DNA of 63,829 nt, the filler included, from Klebsormidium nitens (taxonomy: Eukaryota; Plantae; Klebsormidiophyceae): the NCBI GenBank assembly GCA_000708835.1. It is 7 parts of 7 records of this genome, joined end to end, with 100 filler letters (N's around TTAATTAATTAA, not from the genome) between each part and the next. Parts side by side here need not be neighbours in the genome. Positions count along the whole stretch, not along the records: positions 45,548 to 52,839 come from DF238301.1; positions 52,940 to 55,856 come from DF238625.1; positions 55,957 to 61,535 come from DF238449.1; 4 more parts are not named here. The stretch is one strand, 5' to 3'. This document shows, piece by piece, positions 49,647 through 61,089 of this stretch. Under the pieces are notes generated by a model. It saw only the letters and a list, made by a program, of their open reading frames with translations, was not told the DNA's origin and did not search any database. The position numbers were made by a program, and so were the translations under genes. Every line of letters starts with the position of its first letter. Position 1 is the first letter of the stretch.

Positions 49647-51955
49647 ATGCCTTGGAACCAGTTCAGCATTTATGATGAGTCCGACACCGTCTTCTTTGAG
49701 GAAATGGATACCGGCCTCAGCGACCTCGTCTTCCCGACGCCCTTAGCTACCAGCCTGGGCCCCGCCAAATCTGAAGTCACGAGCGCCCCCCCTCACAGAA
49801 ACCCCTCCCCTGTTCTGGACGAGTGCAGACGACGTTTGGTTAGCTCCTGCACCGGCCCCTTCGCTACTTCTGGGGGGCTGATTTCCTATGCCTCAGAGGA
49901 TGTCCTGGGGTTCCGGCAAACAGCGGATTTTGGGCAGGGACCTATGGGCTGCACAAGGCAGATCATGACAACGCCGCACACCATGCTAACCAGGAAGATG
50001 AATTCAGTCAATACAATCGCCCACGTCTCCACCATGAATGAGATGCTCAAACCCCACACCAGCTTCCAAGGTTGCAGCAGCCACCTTGCAAATTACAAAA
50101 AGGACACGAAGCACCATGGAGAGATGGCATCTGCTTTGCAGCTGGTGGCGGGCAAGACCAGGCCACGTTCTCAGCACCGGGGGTTAAGCACGGTCCGTAA
50201 GACCCGGCAGCCGTCTGCAAGGCATGCACACATGCTCAGTAGCGGGTGCAGAAGAGCGAGAGCAGCGGCGCTTGCAGTGGCGGATGATGCGAGGGGTAAG
50301 AGGTTGGCACTTGAGGTAAGCTGGCACTTGCTTTCTGGATAATTGGAGGCCGTTTTCGTACGTTTAGGAGACCTCTTAAGGCTAGCAACTCCTCTTCTCT
50401 CTGGCTAAGGATGTCTTTTTGAAGCCCGGCGCCTGTGAAACCCGGTTGCGGGCCTCAACACCAGTAACATAGTTTTGCAGGCAGTCGCAGTTGGCGTTCT
50501 TTCTTACCCTCAATCGCAGCTTGTGTGGTAAGGCACCTGGCTAATTCTGCAATGTCGTCACCCACTTTCTTTGCATGTCTTCGTATTCTTCATCTTCATG
50601 TCTACTGTTTTCACTCCTTGTCAAAACAGTCTCTCAGCTCGAAGCAATGCAGGAAGCAGCGACGTACGAAAATTTCTTTCGTCTCATTGCCTGTTCCCGC
50701 GCATATTTCAGAGAGAGGCCCTGTCCCTCATCCCTTCCTCCGATATCACGACGCGCCGCTGCATGCACCCTGGCTGTGCACGGAGGTCATGTTCCGGCTT
50801 CATCCTGGGGGTCAAGGATGGTGACGCGGGCGGCACGTGCTATGAACGAGACAAAAGCCCCATGCGGCCCCTTAACCAGGCAGAGGACGGCACGAAGATG
50901 CCAAGGTGCGTTTCGAAGATCTCCTTATTTTTCCCAAATAAAGAAGGCGGCCTGAACGGCCGCCAGAAAATGCTTGCTCTGCCGTAGAATCGTTTGCTAT
51001 ATCCTTGTTCCTCTTCTTGAAACTGAAACCACTACAGAATGTATTCGTCATGACCATTTGGCCTTGCTCAATGTTACCTATCGATTCTTCAAGGTGCCGT
51101 CACTTGGGGTGCAAGCTGCAGCCCCAGTACGGAGATATTGGCCTGGACAGGAAGAAGACCTGCTGCCACAATCACTCTCTTCCCGGAATGAAGGACCTCC
51201 GGGGGGGCCCCAAGTGCCAGGGGGCCGACGGCTGCTGCGCTAAGCGCCCCTCGTATGGAATTCGAGGAGTTACCCGACCGACCCGCTGTGGCGCGCATAA
51301 GGAGCCTGGCATGGAGGACCTTATCAGCGCAAGGTAAGGGGCTGGAATGAGCTTTCCCGTAATGGAATCGTAAAGCATTTCTCGATGCAGGAGAACGAAA
51401 CCGCTACTGGATGCGACCTCGAGGTGCTTCGAGTCTTCAACGCTTGGAGATGACTCCGTCGAGCTGAGTCGTTCTACTCTCGTCCCCACACTTGTATAAG
51501 CCAGGCTTCTGGGAACATCGAGCTGCAAGGAGGATCGTCAGAGCATTTTCGTTCCTCGCAAGGACCCCAGATGCAGGCTGCTTAGAGTCTGCCATTCCTA
51601 ATTCACTTGCTCTACCCCTCCCATTAAAATCGTGTTTCTTTCTCCTCGTAGGTGCAACTTCCCGTGCTGTGGGATAGTCGCCTCATACGGAGTTCAGGCC
51701 CCCGGCAGCGACGTCATTCGCCGTACGTGCTGCAAAGCGCATCACACTCCCGAGATGACCTGTGGCACCAGAGGTCCAGTGTGCATGGCGCCGGCAGGGT
51801 GTGAGACGCGTCCCTCCTACGGCTGGCCTGATAAGATTGACGGGGAGCACCCCGCCCGTCCCGAGCGCTGCAAGAAGCACTCGCTGTTTCAAATGGTGTA
51901 CATGGGGTCTGCGGCAAGAGCCAAAAAGAAGAGAGTCCTTGAGACGGCGAAGTAG
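49647..51955 (+). CDS. Four-exon gene with C-terminal EsV-1-7-type cysteine-rich repeats
   Basis: Exons 49647-50315, 50712-50905, 51094-51333, 51652-51955 join in frame. Repeats CRHLGCKLQPQYG..CCHNHSLPGMKDL, CQGADGCCAKRPSYG..RCGAHKEPGMEDL, CMAPAGCETRPSYG..RCKKHSLFQMV. The start is uncertain. Confidence 0.75.
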
Positions 51956-52839
51956 GTGAGTGAGCAAGCCAGTCAGGGACGTCTCGTATTATGCCCAGGA
52001 TGAAGAAAGCGGTTTTGAGTGCTCTCAAACTGTTCGATAGTGGATCTTGAATCAAGCATTTACAGCGCCTCTGATGACTCCGCAAAGCCTCATTTGTGCA
52101 TCCAAATTGAAGTCAAATCACAAATTTCTTTACCAGTCATCCTCCTGTCTTCCAGGAGCGTGTCGCTTAAGCCCCGGCAATGCTTGTGTACCAGAAAGCA
52201 GGCACAAGAGATTGTGGCTGAACATTTTGAGGCGACGGGCCAGGTAGGAGTTGTATGGTGTTTTATGCCTGTGGGTGCCGTGTACTTGATTGAATTTGCG
52301 CCCGCATCAAAGTTATGTGTTGAGTAGCATACTCGTATAGAACTTTGTAAAGTATCATCAAAGAAGGTTGGATATGATGGATAAATTGTAAACTGCCTCC
52401 TAGAAAAGCCGGGTCTTGTCAGCGAAATCACGTCATAAGAGAAACTTTGGCGCTAGCAGGTGACAAGTGATTGATCCAAGCATATGGATGTATTTTGAGC
52501 CGCTCATCTCTCATCCATCGCCGTATCCTGTGCGTTTGACGGATCTAGCCCGGTCAACATGAGAGTTTCAAATCTAATAAAATGCTCGTGTTCACATATT
52601 ACTGATTCGTTATTCTACGACTCGTCATATTGTCCAACACAAATATATGTGAATCGTGGTGTATACACCGCATCAGTGAATAATGTACTTTTATAAGCAA
52701 AAGGGCACAGGTAGAATAAGCGTGCATCTCAGGTTATCGTGTACATGCAGACTCGTAAGCTACGTGTGACGATTCGAGTCTATGAATCTTCATATCGAAC
52801 TCGTCCCAGTATATTGTCCGCGCGCGTATGGCGTATCTG

Positions 52840-52939
52840 NNNNNNNNNNNNNNNNNNNNNNNNNNNNNNNNNNNNNNNNNNNNTTAATTAATTAANNNNN
52901 NNNNNNNNNNNNNNNNNNNNNNNNNNNNNNNNNNNNNNN
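52840..52939. other. Artificial scaffold spacer
   Basis: 44N-TTAATTAATTAA(52884-52895)-44N. Confidence 0.98.
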
Positions 52940-53900
52940 TGGTACAAGCTCGGAATGCTCGAAGAGTGGGCGCTGTTCATGAGCTTTGCCCACGCTGCTA
53001 CGGATCCTGTGGATTATTTGATGACTTACCAGCCCTGTTCCCATCCATGGCCGCTTTGGCACCCGCTCGCAAGCCCGGCAAGCGCGCGATGTGCACGGGG
53101 CGCTCTCCGTCACCAGGTCGACCAGAGCCTGCACGTTCTTTGGGAGGCCCGCCCGCATCGCCAGGAACTCGTCTGGAGTGAGGGGTGCATTGCTGCAGCC
53201 CTTGGGCGCCTTCCTGAAGTTGCACCACCGCATGGCGGCCGCACGCACCGCCGGCGTGAGCTCCGATAGGCCGTTGCGGTACTTCCACTCGCAGTCGATG
53301 AGCTCCCTCGGAGCATGGGTCGGCTACAACCCTCCCACGCTCAACGGGGTAAAGCCGCCACCCACCGTGGGAGCCCCCGGGCCTAGCTCCGTGATGCTGT
53401 GGAGGCCACTCTCCCTGGCGTCCCGCATGGCGCTTGCGTTGGGGAAGAAAGTTCCATCGAACGTGATCACCTTGTCCGGGCCGAAAGCGTAAGTCTCCAA
53501 CTGGTCCGCATCACCCTTGGTCCGCTCCCGTGCGAGAGGCATGCCTCCTTCTCGAGCAGCCGCCTCGGCTGCTAGCACCTCCGAAGTGTACAGGTGCGAG
53601 CAATCCGGCCGCTTGCACGCATGCTGAATGGGCCTGGCCGCCAGGTCGTTGAAGGCCCTCATGGCGGAGTCAAAGACCCTATCATCCAGGCGGGGCGCTC
53701 CGGGCCCGTCCAAGCTGGCCGCAGCCATATCGTTTGCGTCGAAGCCCAGGGTGTGAGAGGCACCCAGGGCGGCCGCAAAGTGGTTGCGCAGCAGAAGGCC
53801 GTGGGAGATGAGATTGGTGCCGGAGAAGTTAAAGATCCCATCCTCCTGCATGTGGCGCGTACTAGCGTCAGCAAAGTTTCCGCATTAGAATGCACACGAG

Positions 53901-54707
53901 ATGAGCAAAGCCCATGAGGAAGAAGGTGAGCGAAATGACCAATTCGCTCAAGTGTTAGCCATCGTTAGTTCAAAGCAACTGCTCAATATCCAAGACTCTG
54001 CCTCTGCTATTGCAACCTGCACCGATGCGCGAGCCCGTGTGCAGCCTCTGCTGCTAGAGTCACCGATCTCGCTGAACTCTGGGCCATTGGAGATGCTATG
54101 CGATGCTCCATTACAACTATGCTCCGTCTGCTCCAGGACAGAGACGCGACTGCGTTGTCCACTAGAGCCTTACGTGGGTAGAGTTGTATGTGAACGCTGC
54201 TGGGAGCATAATCACTTGAAAGAACTTGGATTTTTGTCATGGAGGGAGGCACGCAAAATCTACAAGGTATCAAACGACGGTCTGAAGACGCTCCAGTGGG
54301 CTCAGTCGCCCCATCGTTGGAATCAACGCTATTTCAGAGAGCTTGACGTCAGGTCGCTGGCAATCCAAGAGGCGGGCGGCGTGGCAGCATTTCAAGTCAG
54401 ACGAGACAAGGTTCGATCGAATGCCCGCGCGCGAAGGCTCGCAAATCTGGTGCGGCACTACGATGACCTGTCAGCCCTCGGAATGGATATCGAAAGACAA
54501 GTCTACCTCGCGGGCTTGCGCATCATGGACTGCATCAATCTACAGGTCCCGAATGGAAGCCGCCTGCTTGACGAAGTGATACATGCTGCAGCGAGCACTC
54601 AGAATCAATCGGACGACGGAAATCTTTCCAGTCATCTGGACTGGATAGCCCCCCTTTATTCCCTGAAGCGGTACACAGACTTCAAAAAGACTGGGTGGCA
54701 TGCTTGA
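53901..54707 (+). CDS. Intronless 268-aa ORF (F-box-like N-terminus, CxxC..CxxC finger, XPA-C-like domain) inside the transposase intron, antisense
   Basis: CSVC..CERC; LSWREARKIYKVSNDGLKTL..YFRELDVRSLAIQEAGG pattern; uninterrupted ATG-to-stop frame. Confidence 0.6.
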   Translation: MSKAHEEEGERNDQFAQVLAIVSSKQLLNIQDSASAIATCTDARARVQPLLLESPISLNSGPLEMLCDAPLQLCSVCSRTETRLRCPLEPYVGRVVCERCWEHNHLKELGFLSWREARKIYKVSNDGLKTLQWAQSPHRWNQRYFRELDVRSLAIQEAGGVAAFQVRRDKVRSNARARRLANLVRHYDDLSALGMDIERQVYLAGLRIMDCINLQVPNGSRLLDEVIHAAASTQNQSDDGNLSSHLDWIAPLYSLKRYTDFKKTGWHA

Positions 54708-55090
54708 ACCTGCTCCACATACTTCTGATTTGCCTTGTTCTGAGCAATCAAGTCATCTATCCCTTCATCCCCCATTTCAACACGTTCCCTATAAACATGT
54801 TCCTGTAATGCAACGAAGGCCATAAGCCTTCGCTCGAATCTAAGCCTTCGAGCAGCTCTGGCCATTGACAACTTTCCCTGCTTCACCTCGGAAACGGACT
54901 CCGTCATCGATATAGGTCCATAGTCATTGGCTTCAACGCAGTCTTGACCGCTCTTATCCATCAATGCACTCATGGCCTCCAATCTTTCCTCATTCTTAAT
55001 AATTCGAAGAGCTCTGGCCATTGACGACTTTGCCTGCCTTGCTTCTTTAATGGACTCCGTCATTGAGGTACGTTCACCAACGGAAAACAT
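54656..55090 (-). CDS. 144-aa helical ORF with an internal duplication, inside the same intron; unknown function
   Basis: Open frame; SMTESIKEARQAKSSMARA / SMTESVSEVKQGKLSMARA repeat; the 3' end overlaps the convergent 268-aa ORF by 52 bp. Confidence 0.4.
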   Translation of the reverse strand: MFSVGERTSMTESIKEARQAKSSMARALRIIKNEERLEAMSALMDKSGQDCVEANDYGPISMTESVSEVKQGKLSMARAARRLRFERRLMAFVALQEHVYRERVEMGDEGIDDLIAQNKANQKYVEQVQACHPVFLKSVYRFRE

Positions 55091-55856
55091 TCATGAGGTT
55101 TGAACGCGCCCTCACCTGTCCGTCGTAGGCCAGGCTGCAGCATGCAGCCACTCGACCCGGCAAGATCGCGCAGACCCGCCGATGCATGGTCACGCGGTAG
55201 CGTGCCCCCGCCATGGTCAGCATCCCCTCTCGACTCTCCATCACCCACGGCCTCCCGCATGGCGCTGCATCCTCCAACGGCCTTGGCCCGCAGAAGTGCT
55301 TTGCAGCATCGCGCTGTGCCACGCCGGTGTCTCCCCATCGCTCGCAGGAGTCGACCACCGCTCGCCCCCCGCGGCTCATTACGGTGTCAATGGCCTTGTG
55401 CGAGTGACCCGTGTCCAACGCCGCCGCCGGCAGACAGAGCCACTCCTCGCGGCCGTGCGCGCAAGGGCCCGCAAAATCCAAAAAGCGGCAAGTCGGGTCA
55501 TTGCACACCGTCAGCCGCTCTCTAGACTCCCGGAGCGCCTCCAACATCCGAATCTTCTCTGTGCGCTGAGAGGCTTCTCGAACCAGCGCAGGCACACCTC
55601 GCCTCACGGCGGCGCTCCCAGCCTCGACCACCAGCTGCGGATGTGAGCAGAGGCTCTGCTCATAGCTACCCGCCTTGCACTGGCTGCAGTGAGGCTGCCC
55701 ACCCAGTCCCAAGCTGCACACTGCGTCGCCATCCGACTCCGTCCCAACGACTGCAAAGACTCTGAGCCGAGCCCCCCGCCATGCCTGGGCATTAAGCCCC
55801 TCCAACCTCGGCCCGAGCATGCCATTCCGATCGATCGGAATGATGCCCGCGCCATA

Positions 55857-55956
55857 NNNNNNNNNNNNNNNNNNNNNNNNNNNNNNNNNNNNNNNNNNNN
55901 TTAATTAATTAANNNNNNNNNNNNNNNNNNNNNNNNNNNNNNNNNNNNNNNNNNNN
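55857..55956. other. Artificial scaffold spacer
   Basis: 44N-TTAATTAATTAA(55901-55912)-44N. Confidence 0.98.
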
Positions 55957-55957
55957 G

Positions 55958-56596
55958 GTGACCAGTAATACCTGTCTGGCGGATCATCCCTTGTTCGAAG
56001 GGTTTGTGGGCCTCCCCAACTGCTTCTACGGGCCCGCACGCGTGGTGTCCCTCCTCGGACAGGGTGAGAAGAGCTACGAGCTGAAGATTGACGACATCCC
56101 ACGCGTTGAGACGTGGAGGAAAGGGCGCGGGCTGATCGAGTTCCTTCGCGAGCCGGGCGACGTCTCCTTTTTCTTCCCAGAGGAAGGAGCTGGACCTGAT
56201 CACGCCTCGTACCTGAGCATCGCCGACGAGCTGTGGCTCGGCATCCTGCAAGCCAAGTGCCGCAAGAAGGTGCCAAACAAGGCACATGCCCTGGGCACGC
56301 TCAACATCCGGACCATGTACAAAGGCGAGAAGAATCCCGGAGAGAAGCGCAGCCAGCTGACGACTCTCCTCAAGCAGAGGGGCGTGAAGGGAATCCTGCG
56401 AATTCTCCTGGCGTACCCGGCGCAGGTTAATGCGGCCAGCTATGCCCAGTCCACGCTGAGGCGCTCTGAGCGGCTCCAGGCACTGGAGGGGAACGAGTTC
56501 GAGGTCGTGCAGCTGTGCATCTCAAGGTCGAATGCGGAGCACTACTTGACGGACGATGAGCGGCACCACCTAGACTGCCTCAAGGACATTTCTTAG
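55958..56596 (+). CDS. C-terminal part of a Crinkler-type protein with a restriction-endonuclease-like PD-(D/E/Q)xK domain; 5' end missing
   Basis: FFFPEEGAGPD..WLGILQAK..ALGTL motif; strong GC3 bias; the frame is open from the scaffold start. Confidence 0.55.
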   Translation: MTSNTCLADHPLFEGFVGLPNCFYGPARVVSLLGQGEKSYELKIDDIPRVETWRKGRGLIEFLREPGDVSFFFPEEGAGPDHASYLSIADELWLGILQAKCRKKVPNKAHALGTLNIRTMYKGEKNPGEKRSQLTTLLKQRGVKGILRILLAYPAQVNAASYAQSTLRRSERLQALEGNEFEVVQLCISRSNAEHYLTDDERHHLDCLKDIS

Positions 56597-58064
56597 CGCA
56601 GCGCAACGCGTAATCTCGCGAGGGGTTTGGCGGCATTCGTGTGTTATGCAAGCGATGAGCAAAGAAGGTACGGATGGATACAAAAGGACCGTTGGCTGGT
56701 TAGAAGAATCCAAATCTGGTGCTGAAGGCGAGGCATGTGCACTTAGACCCATGCGAGGCGCCTGCTTGAATATTCAAGAATCTGTCATGCTAGCGCTTCA
56801 TGTGCATACGGATAAGGGAGCCAATTACGAATTTCTCTGAACCTCGGGTCTGAAGACCATGGAAGTTTGCAGCGTTCGATATGCTGTAGTTGTACCATAT
56901 TTGGGTTCAAGTGTGAACCCAAAATTGACATGTGACACCTAAGCGGTATTGCATGATGAGCGAAGAATGAGTGGTTTCGGTGTTTTGACAAGTGTTTCAA
57001 AACGTGATTAGACGCTGCCCAATTACCCACTTTTCTTGCTTTGGACGAGAATCAATTGCCAAGCACTCCCTCCAATGCTCCGAGAATACATTGCACGCTG
57101 GGCCTTTAATATTAAAAGTGGTCATTTGCTACTCGACATTGTGCATTTGCACCAAGATAGCTTCGTAAGCATAAGAACATGGCCCCTCATTGATAGCATC
57201 TCATGTCCGGCTTCCGATCAGTAGTAAATGCACTTTTTGGAGGAAGATCATACAAAAGTCCTCACGTTGTAAACCACCCAATCGAGCTCTTGACTACACA
57301 ATCACATGTGATATGTGTTTCCCGGCATGGAATGAATATGTACTCTTCAGATGGTGTCGACAAAGGAAGCGCAGTGAATGAAAGTGCATGTTTCACGTTA
57401 TAAAGCTTAGCTGCTCGTTTGCAGGGTTTCCATGAGGAGGCACATGAAGGTCCGTCAAAAAGCTGGGAGAGTAACATGCTGCCGATTCAATCCATTAACC
57501 AATTCCACTTGTTCGAAGATGTTCTCCTCAAAACCATTGGTGGCGCACGAGTCAAGGATCTTCATTGAGTCAACTGTCTTCAACAAAGCTAGCATGACTC
57601 GATGATCCGCTGTTAAAAAAACTGGCATGATTTGTGTCATGTGTGTTGGTCTACGTACAAGTTGAAAGCTGGAGACATTCGAGTGCGCAAGGAGAACCCG
57701 TGAAACCCGTGGAACTAGGGAGTTGCCGTAAAGGCTCGGCACAGCGCTAAGGGCCTACAATTCAACAGCACCGCGCTGTGGTGGACCGTTCACACCCAAG
57801 TCCGAGCAGAGCACTCCGTGCAGCCATGGCTCTGGCAGCAAGCATCGGTGCCCCGAAATTATGAAGGTTCATAGGTCACTCTCGTTCAACGCTGTTGGAG
57901 ATAGCTTTGCATTGCAGCCAGCAGGCTCGGTTCTATAAAACTCCAAAGATGGCACGGAATCTCTGTCACGGGGTGACTTAGAATCCAGGTCACCAGGTAT
58001 AAGTGGCGCTGGCAAGGTCTAGCGTCTTTTGGCCCCAAAGTGAAGCTTGTATCTGCTTGTTTTG

Positions 58065-59725
58065 CTGCCAGCAGCCATTCGGCCCCGCACATTCGCTTGT
58101 GATTGATGGCGTCAACGTGTCCAAGTGTCCGACTTTTTGATGAACGTTTTCAGGTCGACCCCCTTGGATGACGTCAGCAGCCATTCCCCGCACTTCCGCT
58201 TGTGATTGATGGCGCGAAGGTGTCCGAGTGTCCAAGTTTTTGACGCACGTTCTTAGGTCGATCCCCTTTGATGACGTCAGCAGCCATTCCCCGCACTTTT
58301 GCTTGTGACTGATGGCGCGAAGGTGTTTGAGTGTCCGAAGTTTTGACGCACGTTTTTAACTTAGTAAGTCGACCCCCTTTGATGACGTCAGCGACCATTC
58401 TCTGCACTTTTTTATTTGTGACTGATGGTGCGAAGGTGTCCAAGCGTCCGAGTTTTTCAAGAGCGTTTTGAGGTCGACCCCCTTGGATGACGTCAGCAGC
58501 CATTCCCTGCACTTTCGTCTGCGATTGATGGCGCGATTGTGTCGGAGTGTTCGAGCTTTCGAGGATCCTTTTGAGGTGGACCCCCTTTGATGACGTCAGC
58601 AGCCGTTCCCTGCACTTTTCGTTTGTGATTGATGGCGCGAACGTGTCCAAGTGTCCGAATTCTTCATGATCCTTTTGAGGTGGACCCCCTTTGATGACGT
58701 CAGCAGCCATTTCCTGCAATTTTCGCTTGTAATTGATGGCGCGAANNNNNNNNNNNNNNNNNNNNNNNNNNNNNNNNNNNNNNNNNNNNNNNNNNNNNNN
58801 NNNNNNNNNNNNNNNNNNNNNNNNNNNNNNNNNNNNNNNNNNNNNNNNNNNNNNNNNNNNNNNNNNNNNNNNNNNNNNNNNNNNNNNNNNNNNNNNNNNN
58901 NNNNNNNNNNNNNNNNNNNNNNNNNNNNNNNNNNNNNNNNNNNNNNNNNNNNNNNNNNNNNNNNNNNNNNNNNNNNNNNNNNNNNNNNNNNNNNNNNNNN
59001 NNNNNNNNNNNNNNNNNNNNNNNNNNNNNNNNNNNNNNNNNNNNNNNNNNNNNNNNNNNNNNNNNNNNNNNNNNNNNNNNNNNNNNNNNNNNNNNNNNNN
59101 NNNNNNNNNNNNNNNNNNNNNNNNNNNNNNNNNNNNNNNNNNNNNNNNNNNNNNNNNNNNNNNNNNNNNNNACCTTCTGTGTATCCTTTCAGAATGTATG
59201 TCCTAGGCTGAGCCTAGGACATATAGATTCTGATCAAACCTCTTTGATGATCGTGTCAGCAGCCATTCTCTGCATTTTTGCCTTGATTGATGGCGCGAAC
59301 GTGTCCAAGTGTCCAAGTTTTTGATGAAGGTTCTTAGGTCCACCCCCTTGGATGACGTCAGCGGCTATTCCCTGCACTTTCGCGTGTGATTGATGGCGCG
59401 AACGTGTCCAAGTGTCCGAGTTTTTGATGAAGGTTCTCGGATCCACCCCCTTGGATGACGTCAGCAGCCATTCCCTGCATTTTCGCCTGTGATTGATGAC
59501 GCAAACGTGTTCAAATGTCCGAGTTCTTGGTGAGCGTTCTGAGATCGACCCCTTCGGATGACATCAGCAGCCATTTTCCGCACTTCCGCCTGTGATTGAT
59601 GGTGCGAAGGTGTCCGAGTGTCTGAGTTTTTGATGAACGTTTTTAAGTCGACCCTTCTGATGACGTCAGCAAAACTTCCACCAATATTCCACTGTGACTG
59701 ATGGTGCGAACGTGTCTGAGTGCCC
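58065..59725 (+). repeat. Satellite array with a unit of about 103 bp (left arm), spanning the N gap 58746-59171
   Basis: GATGAC(G/A)TC anchor at 58167, 58270, 58381, 58486, 58589, 58693 and 59351, 59454, 59557, 59659. Confidence 0.93.
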
Positions 59726-59933
59726 CAGTTTCCTGCTCGCCTTTCCCGTCGTTGCTTTGGAATGACGTTACCATCCCCGACCCGTTTATCTGCTGCAACA
59801 AATGATCATGCTCTTTATGCTCTGATTGATGGAAACTAAGTTATTCATCATGAATCCTTTAAAACAGAAGGCTACTCAAGTCTTGAATCCAATTGAGAAG
59901 ACTCACGTGCTTTTCGTCCCGTTCCCCATGCAG

Positions 59934-60790
59934 GGAATGGCAAGGGGGTCTGCAAGCAGATGCTGAAGACCACGCTGGGCAAATACTACGGCGTCATGTC
60001 CAAGGACGCCGTGGTCAAGGCCCCCGGACAACGCCCGCCGGTCAAGGGCGCTGCCACGCGCTACCTCTCCGAGCTCCAGGGGAAACGGGTGGCCGTGACG
60101 GACGAGACGAGCCCGGGCGAGCACGTCGACCTGGGGGACGTGCTCAAGATGACCGGCGGGGGCATGGTCGCCTCCCGGCTCCTCTTCCAGAACAACGTCT
60201 CCTTCCGATTCACCCACACGCCCTTCATCCAGACCAACTACGACCCCGAAATCCCCCCAAAACTGGCCAAGCAGCCAAACATCAACCGCCGCCTCATCGT
60301 GGTTTGCTCCTCAAACGAGTACGTGTCCGAGAACAAGTTTGACGAGACCAACCCGAACCACAGGCACGTGGACATCGGGTTGAAGGACCGGATGGAGAGT
60401 CTGGCGGTCCGCGAGGAGTTCCTCACGTTCCTCGTGCAGGGAAGTCGGGCCTGGTACGAGGACCCCACGGTCTTGCGCAGGCATCCGCCGGCCGTCCAGG
60501 CGGCCTCGATGGCATGGCTGCGGCGCGAAGACAAGCTGCAGATCTTCTTGCAGTCGGAGCACTGCGTGCACGACCCGCCGGAGACGCTCGACAATGCCAA
60601 GAAGGTCACATGCCGGGAGGACGAGTTCTGGACGCAGTTCCAGAGATTCACAGGGGTCAAAATTGCCAAGGAGGAGTTGGCTAGGCAGATGCGAGAGAAG
60701 GGTTTCGCAAGAACGAAGCGAGCCGGGCGTTATGACGGGTCATCCCAGCGGAGCTCGTGCTATGTAGGATTCAAGTGCGAGTACGATTGA
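59934..60790 (+). CDS. Terminal exon of a D5 / P4-family SF3 helicase (primase-helicase C-terminal half with winged-helix end)
   Basis: Begins at a pyrimidine-rich CAG acceptor in mid Walker A (GNGKG); Walker B VAVTDET; LKMTGG; motif C FIQTN; RRLIVV; C-terminal DKLQIFL..YVGFK. The frame is intact to the stop. Confidence 0.85.
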
Positions 60791-61089
60791 TGATTGACGC
60801 CCGCCTATGGAGTCCATTTTCTTTGTTGTAAAATCTTGCTTCAATGGTCAGAGCGCAGGACATGTACAAATAGCCCACGGAATAACGGAGTAAAGTAGAA
60901 GCAAAGGCAACCGTAGGCTAGGCCTACGGTTGCACAAACAAGGAAAAGATAAAATTAAACAAATGTCAAAACAAGTCCAAAGGTATTCGTGAATTCTTTT
61001 GAAGGCTGCTGAAGAAGCGAAGTAGCATACATGCATAACATAGCATGTGTCATCAACCATCTATCTACCCAACGTTCCACTGGACATTT

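Larger units (their letters stand above)
52940..55856 (-). mobile_element. CxC4-containing KDZ-type (Kyakuja/Dileera/Zisupton superfamily) transposase gene fragment, spliced, one in-frame stop, truncated by both scaffold ends
   Basis: The upstream exon (to 55116) has SWIM-like CSQC..LCSH and CGRPW..GMLTM..VTMHRRVC..CCSLAYDGQ. It splices to 53845 EDGIFNFSGTNLISHGLL (continuous CxC4 motif YDGxEDGIFN), then C..C..VITFDGT. TAG at 53324-53326 with the frame continuing to 52940. Confidence 0.65.

Noticed and set aside
57990-59446. ORFs with repeated MAADVIQGG peptides
   Set aside because: Translation of the satellite; frames break between units.
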